Source: Gammaproteobacteria bacterium (GTDB lineage Bacteria; Pseudomonadota; Gammaproteobacteria; CAJXQU01). From it: a DNA stretch of 64,000 nucleotides. A program made the translations under genes and the position numbers. Of this stretch, positions 50,366-59,932 are shown in pieces. Under the pieces are notes generated by a model, which saw only the letters and a program-made list of their open reading frames with translations, was not told the origin of the DNA and searched no databases. The stretch is taken from the NCBI GenBank assembly GCA_965238175.1, contig CBDEGZ010000003.1:1344001-1408000 (forward strand), in the 5' to 3' direction. Numbering within the stretch: position 1 is the first letter of the stretch; each line of letters begins with the position of its first letter.

Positions 50366-51883
50366 TTAGCTCGTCTTTTTTTCTAAAATGATCTTCTGCC
50401 ATTCTTTCGGTCCTGTTTGATGAACCGCAGAACCATTCACATCAACAGCGACAGTAACAGGCATGTCTTCCACTTCAAATTCATGAATAGCTTCCATACC
50501 CATATCTTCAAAAGCAACAACGTGTGATTTTTTGATCGCTTTGGAGACGAGATAGGCAGAACCACCAACAGCCATCAGATAAACCGCTTTATGTTTTTTG
50601 ATCGACTCGATAGCAATAGGGCCACGCTCTGCTTTGCCGACCATGCCTATTAAACCGGTTTCAGCTAGCATCATTTCTGTGAATTTATCCATTCGTGTTG
50701 CTGTTGTAGGACCTGCAGGGCCTACAATTTCATCGCGTACAGCATCAACTGGCCCGACGTAATATATAAAGCGATTGTTAAAATCGACACCGTCAGGTAG
50801 GGCTTCACCTCTTGCAAACATGTCTTGAATACGTTTGTGTGCGGCATCACGCCCGGTGAGCATTTTGCCGGAGAGTAATAATGTTTGCCCTGGTTTCCAA
50901 GTGGCGGTTTCTTCACGGGTGATCGTATCAAGATTTACCTTCTTCGCAGTGGGACCAACATCCCAGGTGATCTCTGGCCAGTCGTCAAGATTCGGTGGGG
51001 TTTGTAAAGCTGGGCCCGAACCATCCAATACAAAATGTGCGTGTCGGGTTGCGGCACAATTAGGGATCATCGCGACCGGAAGATTGGCTGCGTGAGTTGG
51101 GTAATCCATGATCTTAACGTCAAGCACCGTTGTTAAGCCACCAAGACCTTGTGCACCGATGCCAAGATCGTTCACTGCATCTATGATCTCGATGCGTAAT
51201 TCTTCAGCACGGTTTTTGGGGCCACGTTCACGTAGCTCATGAATGTCGATGGGATCCATTAATGATTCTTTGGCCATGATCATGGCTTTTTCAGAGGTGC
51301 CACCGATACCAATACCGAGCATACCGGGTGGACACCAGCCAGCACCCATTGTTGGAACTGTTTTGACGACCCAGTCAACAATGCTGTCTGAAGGGTTGAG
51401 CATAACAAATTTAGATTTTGCTTCTGAACCACCACCTTTGGCCGCGACTTGTATATCGACAGTATTACCGGACACGACTTCCATATTGATCACCGCAGGT
51501 GTGTTATCGCCGGTATTTTTTCGGGCACCGGCTGGATCAGACATGATTGATGCACGTAATTTATTATCGGGGTCGTTATAAGCACGACGCACACCTTCAT
51601 TGATCATATCGGCGACACTCATTTGTGCATCCCACTGTACATCCATACCAATTTTAATGAAAACCGTAACAATACCAGTATCTTGGCATATCGGTCGTCT
51701 GCCTTCAGCACACATTCGAGAATTGATCAAAATTTGAGCCATTGCGTCTTTTGCGGCCTGGGATTCTTCTTTCTGATAAGCGGCATGTACCGCTTTGATA
51801 AAATCAATAGGGTGATAACTGGAGATAAATTGTAGCGCGTCAGCAACGCTTTCGATCAGATCTTTTTGTTTGATTAGGGTCAT
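50366..51883 (-). CDS. Class I fumarate hydratase
   Basis: PICQDTG, AKGGGSE, GAGWCPPG, GRDAAH, GPTTATRMD. Confidence 0.95.
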   Translation of the reverse strand: MTLIKQKDLIESVADALQFISSYHPIDFIKAVHAAYQKEESQAAKDAMAQILINSRMCAEGRRPICQDTGIVTVFIKIGMDVQWDAQMSVADMINEGVRRAYNDPDNKLRASIMSDPAGARKNTGDNTPAVINMEVVSGNTVDIQVAAKGGGSEAKSKFVMLNPSDSIVDWVVKTVPTMGAGWCPPGMLGIGIGGTSEKAMIMAKESLMDPIDIHELRERGPKNRAEELRIEIIDAVNDLGIGAQGLGGLTTVLDVKIMDYPTHAANLPVAMIPNCAATRHAHFVLDGSGPALQTPPNLDDWPEITWDVGPTAKKVNLDTITREETATWKPGQTLLLSGKMLTGRDAAHKRIQDMFARGEALPDGVDFNNRFIYYVGPVDAVRDEIVGPAGPTTATRMDKFTEMMLAETGLIGMVGKAERGPIAIESIKKHKAVYLMAVGGSAYLVSKAIKKSHVVAFEDMGMEAIHEFEVEDMPVTVAVDVNGSAVHQTGPKEWQKIILEKKTS

Positions 51884-52071
51884 GGATAACTCGAATAGAT
51901 GGTTAGACGGTGCATTGTATCTCAGGATTGATGGAGGCAGTATTGAAAAAGAATGTTTTACCTTTGGCTTAAAGTGTAAGAAAATGTTAAATACAGCTGG
52001 GCTTTCTTAATAAGCTAGAAGCAAAGTTGTGAATAATTTTAATAATATAATAATAAGAAGGAGGATATTTT

Positions 52072-52341
52072 ATGGAACAGTTAATGCCTTTACTGATCAA
52101 TCTGATCACGGGTGCCGTTGGCGGTAATCTTTTTGGAGCACTTTTAAAGAATTTCAGCCTCGGCACGTTGGGTAATACAATCGCGGGTGTTCTTGGTGGT
52201 GGACTTGGAGGTCAGCTGTTGAGTGGGCCGCTTGGTTCTATGTTAGGTAGTGGAATGATCAGTGGTATTGTGGGTTCATTTGTAGGTGGTGGCGGTTTGA
52301 TGGTGATTATTGGTTTGATAAAATCGATATTAGCCAAATAA
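52072..52341 (+). CDS. Small glycine-rich membrane protein
   Basis: [27 protein letters not shown]; GGAGG RBS. Confidence 0.85.
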   Translation: MEQLMPLLINLITGAVGGNLFGALLKNFSLGTLGNTIAGVLGGGLGGQLLSGPLGSMLGSGMISGIVGSFVGGGGLMVIIGLIKSILAK

Positions 52342-52383
52342 TTTTAGCTGAGTCTCTTGCGATCATTTGATCGTAAGGGGTTA

Positions 52384-52490
52384 TATACCGAAACCACTTG
52401 AAAATGCAGATATCAATGCGGCCAAACCGCTACGCAACAAGGCATCGTGTGCAGAGAATGGTGGTTCCGTTTTCAAATGTGCTAACACCG
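52384..52490. repeat. Truncated ERIC-like/MITE remnant
   Basis: TATACCGAAACCACTTGAAAATGCAG...CAAGGC...GAATGGTGGTTCC, recalled as resembling ERIC-related MITE left arms; no matching right arm. Confidence 0.45.
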
Positions 52491-52499
52491 TTGGTAGAT

Positions 52500-53507
52500 T
52501 CAATCTATAAACAATCCAAATGCTCGACTACCTTCTCGGGTTTCAATCGTATTCACAATGTCTAAAGTAGTAATATCGATCACACTGACGGTTCCATCGC
52601 CCCAGTTAGCGACATAGATAAATCTGCCGTCTTTGGTGATATCAATTCCTTCCGGTGTTCCACCAACCTCGATAGTTGAGATTATTTCACCGGATTCAAG
52701 ATCGATTACCCCGACACTATCTTCATCTTGATTGGTGACAAAAAGCTGTTTTCCATCCAGAGTGACTACCGCACAATAAGGCCATTCACCAACGTCTAGT
52801 GTTCGTGAAATCTCTAAGCTTTCAGTATTAATCACAGTGACATTGTTGCTACGAACATTAATGGCATAGATCTCATCGGTGGCAGGGTTTTGAGCTAGAC
52901 CGAAGGGCGCATCTCCGGTTGGAAGTTCGCTGATTACTTTATTGTTATTGAGATCAATAATCGAAACCGTATCGCTATCTCGGTTAGCGACATAGAGATG
53001 ATTTTTTTCTTTATTGACCAACAATCCAGCAGGAGACTCACCGACTTTAATTTGATCAATAATTTTTTGATTAGAAGTATCAATCACTGAGACCTGATGT
53101 TCATACCAGTCAGCGACATAAATTTTTGTTCCATTTTTATTGCTGGCAATTCCAACCGGCCCTGTACCAACGGGGATCGTATTGATTAACTTCAATGTTT
53201 GCTTATCGATAATGCTGATATCTGTGCTTTCAGCATTCGTTATGAATATTTTTTCATCGCTAATTGCAATGCCTGCAGGACGGTGACCGACTTTGATCGT
53301 TGCAATAGTCGACTGTGTATTAGTGTCGATGACACTGATACTGTCATCAAGTTGGTTGGTAATGTAGGCGTGATGAGACTGCTTGGCTTGTGATTGAGGC
53401 TGCTCGCAGCCTGTTAAAAAAACACACAGTAAAAAGCAGGTAGGTATAAAAAAACCGAGGCACCCAAAATGTTTCGTGTTTGGCTTAAAGAATAATGTTT
53501 TGATCAG
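52500..53507 (-). CDS. YVTN beta-propeller lipoprotein (MxaE-like)
   Basis: About seven YITN/YVAN...VSVID...I.VG..P.G repeats; lipobox LTGC; start uncertain (CTG near 53507 assumed). Confidence 0.8.
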   Translation of the reverse strand: MIKTLFFKPNTKHFGCLGFFIPTCFLLCVFLTGCEQPQSQAKQSHHAYITNQLDDSISVIDTNTQSTIATIKVGHRPAGIAISDEKIFITNAESTDISIIDKQTLKLINTIPVGTGPVGIASNKNGTKIYVADWYEHQVSVIDTSNQKIIDQIKVGESPAGLLVNKEKNHLYVANRDSDTVSIIDLNNNKVISELPTGDAPFGLAQNPATDEIYAINVRSNNVTVINTESLEISRTLDVGEWPYCAVVTLDGKQLFVTNQDEDSVGVIDLESGEIISTIEVGGTPEGIDITKDGRFIYVANWGDGTVSVIDITTLDIVNTIETREGSRAFGLFID

Positions 53508-53526
53508 TACATTATAACTATAAAGA

Positions 53527-53624
53527 TGGTAAGAAAGGACAGGATTCGAACCCGTGCTTTGCCTAAACAAAGGAGCGCTCCCTTTCGGGCGACGCCCACC
53601 TTCAGCCACTCAGTCACCTTTCTT
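53527..53624 (-). ncRNA. tRNA-like RNA lacking an anticodon loop (8/5 fold, long variable arm, encoded CCA)
   Basis: AAGAAAGG/CCTTTCTT acceptor plus ACCA; D-loop GAGTGGCTGAA; ACGGG-TTCGAAT-CCTGT T arm; CTTTGT-TTAG-GCAAAG variable arm; CCC-GAAA-GGG where the anticodon loop should be. Confidence 0.85.
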
Positions 53625-53684
53625 ATTTTCAAATGTGGATAACATGTTTCCAATATAAATAATAAGTTAACTCGAAACGCTTAT

Positions 53685-54284
53685 CTAGCAGCCACCTTCT
53701 TCACAGATTTTTTTCAAATTCTGCAAGCCTATTTTATAGATTGCTGTAATCGTTGCAACACCGTCTTCATCACCCAGGCCTTCTGGGTATCTTGGCTCAG
53801 TTTTGTCATAGTTCAATTGGTAGACACGATAAAATTTGCCAGACCAGGTAACTTCAGTACCACCATCAACTTCTTTCACGGTGATAGTCGCAAGATAATT
53901 GTGAACAGGAACTGTTGGAACGTCGTGTTTTGTACCTTTGTACTCAACCGTTTTGACCGTGCTCATTTCGACGATTTTATACTTCATCATCATTTTTTCA
54001 TTGTCGAGTTTTTTCAGATCTTCAGTAATGGTTGGACCGCCTTCTTCACTGATAGTTAGAACACGTTTTTTGTCACCTTCCATTTTTGTAGAAACAACCA
54101 CAGGATGCCAATTGTGTAGACCTGCGAAATCACCCGCCATCGCCCAGACTTTTTCGATAGGCGCATTGATAATGATTTTTTCTACAACTTTTTGTCGTGA
54201 AGGACCATGGGCAGAAGCCATCATTGGAATGGCCATCATGGCCGCTAGTGCAAAACTTAAGATCTTTTTCATTATTAACTCCAA
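53685..54284 (-). CDS. mxaD: Periplasmic SRPBCC protein, MxaD-like
   Basis: Signal peptide then HGPSRQKVVEKIIINAPIEKVW...WHP, VTWSGKFYR, IYKIGL. Confidence 0.75.
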   Translation of the reverse strand: MELIMKKILSFALAAMMAIPMMASAHGPSRQKVVEKIIINAPIEKVWAMAGDFAGLHNWHPVVVSTKMEGDKKRVLTISEEGGPTITEDLKKLDNEKMMMKYKIVEMSTVKTVEYKGTKHDVPTVPVHNYLATITVKEVDGGTEVTWSGKFYRVYQLNYDKTEPRYPEGLGDEDGVATITAIYKIGLQNLKKICEEGGC

Positions 54285-54468
54285 AATATTTTCTAAAATT
54301 AACTCTTGCTAGTTAAAGAGTCCGGTAAACCGTGAATGAAGGCTAACGGATGTGTTCAAATTTTTCCAGTAATTTTCGGATCATCTTTCAGTAAAATCGT
54401 GCAGTCTGAAAACGACTTGTGACGAACAATAACTTGCAATCTGTGAATATAAACTGAATGATCATGGC

Positions 54469-55563
54469 ATGGTTTATTTGACATCGTTTCTACAAAATCT
54501 GCTCGAATTATGCTTGGCAGGAGCACCCTGGTTGGTGCTTGGCCTGATCGTGGGAGGATTGATCAAGGTCCTTATCCCAATGAGTTATCTGGAAAAGCAT
54601 CTTGGTGGCGAAGATTTAGGATCAATTATCAAAGCAGCCTTGCTTGGTGCGCCCTTGCCACTATGCTCTTGTGGTGTTATTCCTGCGGCTTTGGGTTTGC
54701 GTAAAGCTGGTGCCTCGAAACCGGCGACAGTTTCTTTTCTGGTGTCCACACCAGAAACTGGAGTGGATTCTGTGACGGTGACCTACGCATTACTAGGACC
54801 TTTTATGGCGATTGTCAGGCCCATTGCTGCAGTAATTTCAGCGATTACTGCAGGGTTATTGGTTGGGCAGGTGGTCAATGAAATTGACGAACTAACTGAT
54901 CAAATATCTAAGCCGGAAGATGGTAGTTGTTGTTCGACCGAAAAAGCTGAAGAGGTAGTATCCTGCTGTTCTGATGAAGATCATCAGGAAATTGATCGTG
55001 CAGAAAAACAAACATTCTTAATGCAAATTTTTTCAGGGATCGCATACGCTTTCACGGAGCTTTTTACCATGTTGCTATTCTGGTTATGTATCGGTTTATT
55101 ATTTGCTGCTGCAGTTCAAACTTTTATTCCTTCAACCTTCTTAACAGAATGGGGCAGTGGCTTACCTGCCATGTTATTAATGGTCGTTATCGGTATTCCG
55201 ATGTATGTTTGTGCAACCTCTTCGACCCCGATTGCTGCGGGTTTTATGTTGGCCGGTGTCTCACCAGGCACCGCATTAGTATTTTTGATGGCAGGTCCAG
55301 CAACGAATATTTCAACCTTGGGTGTAATTGGAAAAGAGTTAGGACGCCGATCTTTGATCGCCTATTTAATCGGCGTAGGTGTTGTTGCGATTATTGCAGG
55401 GTTGATCACCGATTTTCTGGTACAAAAATTAGGGGTTGATATACAAGGACAATTACAGGCAGGAATGGAAATGGTTCCCCATTGGTTAGCAGTCACGACA
55501 CTTGTGATGTTGATCATAGCTGCCATTTGGCCCATTATTCAGTCAACTTTGCGACCAAAATAA
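54469..55563 (+). CDS. DUF318/SO_0444-type metal-efflux permease
   Basis: PLPLCSCGVIP, STPETGVDS, PMYVCAT, AGPATN; Cys-rich linker. Confidence 0.88.
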   Translation: MVYLTSFLQNLLELCLAGAPWLVLGLIVGGLIKVLIPMSYLEKHLGGEDLGSIIKAALLGAPLPLCSCGVIPAALGLRKAGASKPATVSFLVSTPETGVDSVTVTYALLGPFMAIVRPIAAVISAITAGLLVGQVVNEIDELTDQISKPEDGSCCSTEKAEEVVSCCSDEDHQEIDRAEKQTFLMQIFSGIAYAFTELFTMLLFWLCIGLLFAAAVQTFIPSTFLTEWGSGLPAMLLMVVIGIPMYVCATSSTPIAAGFMLAGVSPGTALVFLMAGPATNISTLGVIGKELGRRSLIAYLIGVGVVAIIAGLITDFLVQKLGVDIQGQLQAGMEMVPHWLAVTTLVMLIIAAIWPIIQSTLRPK

Positions 55564-55587
55564 TAACTCCCTAATAATAGATCTTTA

Positions 55588-56490
55588 ATGAATAATAATT
55601 CTTTGATCGACATACCCCAAACTATTAGCCCTAGAACTATTAGACAATTCGTTGAATGGACGGTGCCGCAATTTGAACAAGCTGATCTATTTTATGGACA
55701 TGGAACTGACAACGCGCAGGACGAAGCAGTCTATTTGATTTTCAGTGTATTGCAAACCCCATTTGATGTTCCAGAGTCAGCACTAGATGCACCACTTACC
55801 GAATCACAATGTGTACAAGTGACAGCCATTATTCGGCAGCGTATAGAAACAAGACAACCGGCGGCTTATCTTTTAGGTGAAGCCTGGTTTTGTGGCTTAC
55901 CGTTTTATGTCAATGAAAATGTGTTAGTTCCGCGTTCACCGTTTGCAGAATTAATACTTGATAAATTTCAACCGTGGATAACAAAACAGCCGACCAATAT
56001 TCTGGATATTGGAACCGGTAGTGGCTGTATTGCAATTGCTTGTGGACTTGCTTTTCCCGAAGCAAAAATTGATGCGATGGATATTTCTGATCAAGCATTA
56101 GAAGTCGCAACAAAAAATGTAGAACGGCATGACTTAGTTGATCGAATGCGATTGATCAAATCTGATGTGTTTGCTGGAATAGATCAGAAAAAATATGATC
56201 TGATCGTCAGCAATCCACCTTATGTCAGCACAGAAGATGTAGCCGCTTTACCAGCTGAATATCACCACGAACCAGTGTTGGGTTTGGAAGGCGGCGGCGA
56301 TGGTCTGGACATTGTTCGACGTATTCTGGTCGAAGCAAAAGAGTATTTAACCGACGATGGGTTGTTGGTTGTCGAAGTCGGTTTAATGCAAGAAGCGATG
56401 GATGCAAGCTTTCCAGAATTACCAATTACCTGGCTGGATTTTGATCACGGTGGTGAAGGGGTGTTTTTGATCTATGCGACGAATTTATAG
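55588..56490 (+). CDS. prmB: Ribosomal protein L3 N5-glutamine methyltransferase
   Basis: FYGHGTDNAQDEA, VLVPRSP, LDIGTGSGC, SNPPYV, EYHHEP. Confidence 0.95.
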   Translation: MNNNSLIDIPQTISPRTIRQFVEWTVPQFEQADLFYGHGTDNAQDEAVYLIFSVLQTPFDVPESALDAPLTESQCVQVTAIIRQRIETRQPAAYLLGEAWFCGLPFYVNENVLVPRSPFAELILDKFQPWITKQPTNILDIGTGSGCIAIACGLAFPEAKIDAMDISDQALEVATKNVERHDLVDRMRLIKSDVFAGIDQKKYDLIVSNPPYVSTEDVAALPAEYHHEPVLGLEGGGDGLDIVRRILVEAKEYLTDDGLLVVEVGLMQEAMDASFPELPITWLDFDHGGEGVFLIYATNL

Positions 56491-56584
56491 CTCGTATTTA
56501 TGTTGATGTGGCCCCTTGATACCTTGATAATTTTTGTAATTAATTTCGGTATTTACATAGCACTTTAATTAAGCTTAGATTAAG

Positions 56585-57256
56585 ATGCTCATCTTATTCA
56601 AACGCAGAGATACTCTGAAATTGTCTATAACTAAAGAACTGTTCTTCTCCACACCAGTTTACTGTGTTGATATTGATGAGGGTGCTTCAGTAAATGAGAT
56701 GTTAAAGGATCGTATCCTTAGCTGGCGAGAACAAGACGGGCAGGGCGTTGAACTTTCAAATGTTGCTAGTGTAAATGCTTGGCAAAGTAAAGCCATCATG
56801 TTGGAAATGGCCGAGTTTGATTTCTTTTCTTCGATCGTTAACACACACATGAATGAGCTATTTCAAGACCAGCAATATCATGAAAACACTGAAGCTCAAG
56901 CAACCAACATGTGGGCAAACATCAACCCCAAGAAAGCCTACAATAGAGGACACACGCACCCGTGTTCATTATGGAGCGGAGTCTACTATGTCCAGACACC
57001 AGAAAATTGTGGGCAAATTACATTTCTTGATCCTCGCCCTCAGACGCAAATATTCGTCGCATCCGTTGCCGAAGGAGCTCATGGCAATGAACACTTCCCT
57101 ATAGTTTCTTTCGAACCCATTGCGGGCAGGTTGATTTTATTTCCGTCTTGGCTACACCATGAGGTGGAGCCTAATCTATCTGATCTACCGAGCCCTCACG
57201 GTGAGAGAATTAGCATCAGCTTTAACTATTGTCAACAAGACAAAACCACAAACTAG
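56585..57256 (+). CDS. TIGR02466-type 2OG-Fe(II) oxygenase
   Basis: [48 protein letters not shown]. Confidence 0.88.
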   Translation: MLILFKRRDTLKLSITKELFFSTPVYCVDIDEGASVNEMLKDRILSWREQDGQGVELSNVASVNAWQSKAIMLEMAEFDFFSSIVNTHMNELFQDQQYHENTEAQATNMWANINPKKAYNRGHTHPCSLWSGVYYVQTPENCGQITFLDPRPQTQIFVASVAEGAHGNEHFPIVSFEPIAGRLILFPSWLHHEVEPNLSDLPSPHGERISISFNYCQQDKTTN

Positions 57257-57298
57257 AAATCAAGGGGGCAGCCTGAATCTCAGACTCTATACTTTCCG

Positions 57299-57562
57299 TG
57301 ATCAATTTCAACCGTGGTTAACAAAAGAACCGACGAATATTTTGGATATTGGAACCGGCAGTGCTTGCATTGCGATTGTTTGTGCATTGGCATTCCCAAA
57401 GGCAAAAGTTGATGCGGTAGATATTTCTGATCAAGCATTAGAAGTTGCGACAAAAAATGTAGAACAGCATGACTTGGTTGATCGAATGCGTTTGATCAAA
57501 TCGGATGTGTTCGCAGGAATAGATCAGAAAAAATATGATCTGATCGTCAGTAATCCACCTTA
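57299..57562 (+). pseudogene. Internal prmB fragment (diverged copy of 55959-56222)
   Basis: 264-bp ungapped copy from FQPW to SNPP, followed by a stop. Confidence 0.9.
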
Positions 57563-57574
57563 AGGTAAATAAAG

Positions 57575-57662
57575 CGTTAACCGTCGAAGAATAAAAAATG
57601 CAGCATTGGAAAAACAACTCTGGCGAGTGAAACGAGACAATGAAATATTAAAAAAGGCGATT
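57575..57662 (+). pseudogene. IS3-type OrfA C-terminal remnant
   Basis: Translates to ...AALEKQLWRVKRDNEILKKA with an A6G site. Confidence 0.5.
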
Positions 57663-57788
57663 ATTTGTATTTGCTGTTCCTGAGATAATTAGAAATAAAA
57701 TATTTACTTAAGGATTGCGCACTTCATGATGCATAACCTTTTTTTTTGCTTCATAATCTGGGTTGTTAAATTTAAGAAGTTAGCCTGA

Positions 57789-59903
57789 ATGCAACGTGCG
57801 CAAAAGATCCTCAGTTCAACCTTTGGATACGATCAATTTCGACATTCCCAACAGGAGATTATTCAGCAATTACTGGATGGTAATGATGTGTTAGTTTTAA
57901 TGCCGACGGGGGGTGGTAAATCCCTCTGCTATCAGATCCCGGCACTTGTTCGTGAAGGCACTGCAATTGTCATTTCGCCATTAATCGCATTGATGCAGGA
58001 TCAGGTTGATGCTTTACGTCAACTGGGTGTTAAGGCTGCATTTTTAAATTCAAGTTTGAGTTTTAGTGAAGCAAAACTTATAGAACAACAATTGATCGAA
58101 GGCGAATTAGATCTGCTTTATGTGGCTCCAGAAAGGTTACATACCGATCAAATGTTGGCTTTACTTGATCGTTGTCCGATATCGTTATTTGCAATTGATG
58201 AAGCTCACTGCGTTTCGCAGTGGGGACATGATTTTCGGCCCGAATATCAACAGCTGAAGATCCTGCATGAACGTTATCCAAAAATTCCACGGATAGCATT
58301 AACAGCAACAGCTGATCAAAAAACGAGAGATGAAATAATTTCTCAACTACAGCTTGAAGATGCACAGGTTTTCATCAACAGTTTTGATCGCCCGAATATT
58401 CGTTATGCGATTACGGATGGTAATAATCCCAAACAAAGGTTATGGCGTTTTCTTGAAGAGAACCATAAAAATGATGCGGGCATTGTTTATTGTTTGTCAC
58501 GGAAAAAGGTCGAAGCTATCGCAGAGTGGTTATCTGATCAGGGTAGGGTAGCGTTACCTTATCACGCTGGTTTATCTCAGGAATTGCGTCAAAAAAACCA
58601 ACAACGTTTCTTGCGCGAAGATTCCGTGATTATTGTTGCAACCATTGCCTTTGGTATGGGCATAGATAAGCCGGATGTACGTTTCGTTGCGCATCTTAAC
58701 TTGCCGAAAAGTATCGAAGCCTATTACCAGGAAACGGGGCGAGCAGGTCGTGATGGAGAACCCGCAAATGCCTGGATGGCGTATGGTCTGCAAGATGTGA
58801 TCACATTGCGACAATTTATGCAGGATTCAAATGCCAGTGAGATGCATAAACGTGTTGAGCATCATAAGCTCGAATCGATGTTGGGTTTATGCGAATTGAT
58901 CACTTGTCGTCGTCATACTTTGTTAGCCTATTTTGATGAGGCTTCCATTGAAAAATGTGGTGCTTGCGACAACTGCATAAAACCGCCAGAAAAATGGGAT
59001 GGAACGGAAGCTGCGCAGAAAGCGTTGTCATCTATTTACCGAACTGAACAACGTTTTGGTGTGAATTACATCATTGATATTTTGTTGGGTAAAAGTGATG
59101 AAAGGATCCAGAATAATGGTCATGTTCAGATCAGTACTTTTGGTATTGGGAAAGAATTTTCTGGTGTTGACTGGCGCAGTATTTTTCGACAATTGATCGC
59201 ACTTGGATATATTGATATCGATATGGAACGACATGGTGCGCTACGTCTGACAGAGAAGTGTCGACCGTTATTACGCGGTGAACAAAAACTCGATCTACGT
59301 AAACAAACTAAAGAAGAAAAAATTACCAAAGAAGCTAAACAGAAGAGCCCCGTCCGTCCGCAGGATCAAGATCTGTGGGAAGCATTGCGAGCTTTACGTT
59401 TGAACCTGGCCGAAGAATCGGGTGTGCCACCCTATGTAGTTTTTCATGATGCGACTTTACAGGAAATGGTTAAAAAGCGGCCTCAAAACTCAAATGATTT
59501 ACGCAGAATTTCTGGTGTCGGCGATCAAAAATTAACACGTTACGGACAAAAGTTTCTTAATGAAATTGCCAAGCATCCATTAGATGAATTACTTGATAAT
59601 CATCTAAGCGCCACGGTTAATGAAACATTAATTCTATATCAACAAGGAATGACAATAGATCAAATTTCGCAACAACGCGATGTTAAACAAACAACTATTT
59701 ATACTCATCTGGCCGATGCTATAGAAGCAGGCTTGTTAGAAATTCGAGATGTGATCGATCTAGAAGATGAAGAGTACGAGGAGATAATCTTTGCTATCGA
59801 ATCCCTTGAAGATGAAGAAAAAGGACGGCTTAAACCAATCTACGAAGCGCTCGATCAAGAATATGACTATGGTATCTTACGTTGTATTCAGGCTTCGATT
59901 TAA
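57789..59903 (+). CDS. recQ: ATP-dependent DNA helicase RecQ
   Basis: MPTGGGKSLCYQ, DEAHCVSQWGHDFRPEY, QETGRAGRDG; RQC and HRDC regions. Confidence 0.98.
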   Translation: MQRAQKILSSTFGYDQFRHSQQEIIQQLLDGNDVLVLMPTGGGKSLCYQIPALVREGTAIVISPLIALMQDQVDALRQLGVKAAFLNSSLSFSEAKLIEQQLIEGELDLLYVAPERLHTDQMLALLDRCPISLFAIDEAHCVSQWGHDFRPEYQQLKILHERYPKIPRIALTATADQKTRDEIISQLQLEDAQVFINSFDRPNIRYAITDGNNPKQRLWRFLEENHKNDAGIVYCLSRKKVEAIAEWLSDQGRVALPYHAGLSQELRQKNQQRFLREDSVIIVATIAFGMGIDKPDVRFVAHLNLPKSIEAYYQETGRAGRDGEPANAWMAYGLQDVITLRQFMQDSNASEMHKRVEHHKLESMLGLCELITCRRHTLLAYFDEASIEKCGACDNCIKPPEKWDGTEAAQKALSSIYRTEQRFGVNYIIDILLGKSDERIQNNGHVQISTFGIGKEFSGVDWRSIFRQLIALGYIDIDMERHGALRLTEKCRPLLRGEQKLDLRKQTKEEKITKEAKQKSPVRPQDQDLWEALRALRLNLAEESGVPPYVVFHDATLQEMVKKRPQNSNDLRRISGVGDQKLTRYGQKFLNEIAKHPLDELLDNHLSATVNETLILYQQGMTIDQISQQRDVKQTTIYTHLADAIEAGLLEIRDVIDLEDEEYEEIIFAIESLEDEEKGRLKPIYEALDQEYDYGILRCIQASI

Positions 59904-59932
59904 TTATCTAATCGTTATTACGGAATCTCACA

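Noticed and set aside
53527-53624. Calling the RNA a standard tRNA-Ser, tRNA-Sec or tmRNA piece
   Set aside because: No 7-nt anticodon loop or UCA, the D-stem is short unlike tRNA-Sec, and there is no G3:U70 pair or tag reading frame
53634-53642. Perfect DnaA box (TTATCCACA) just upstream of the tRNA-like RNA
   Set aside because: A single 9-mer is plausible by chance in 64 kb; no box cluster or origin context
57159-57563. 134-aa ORF as a real methyltransferase gene
   Set aside because: Chimera of an off-frame oxygenase tail and the prmB fragment; stops right after NPP
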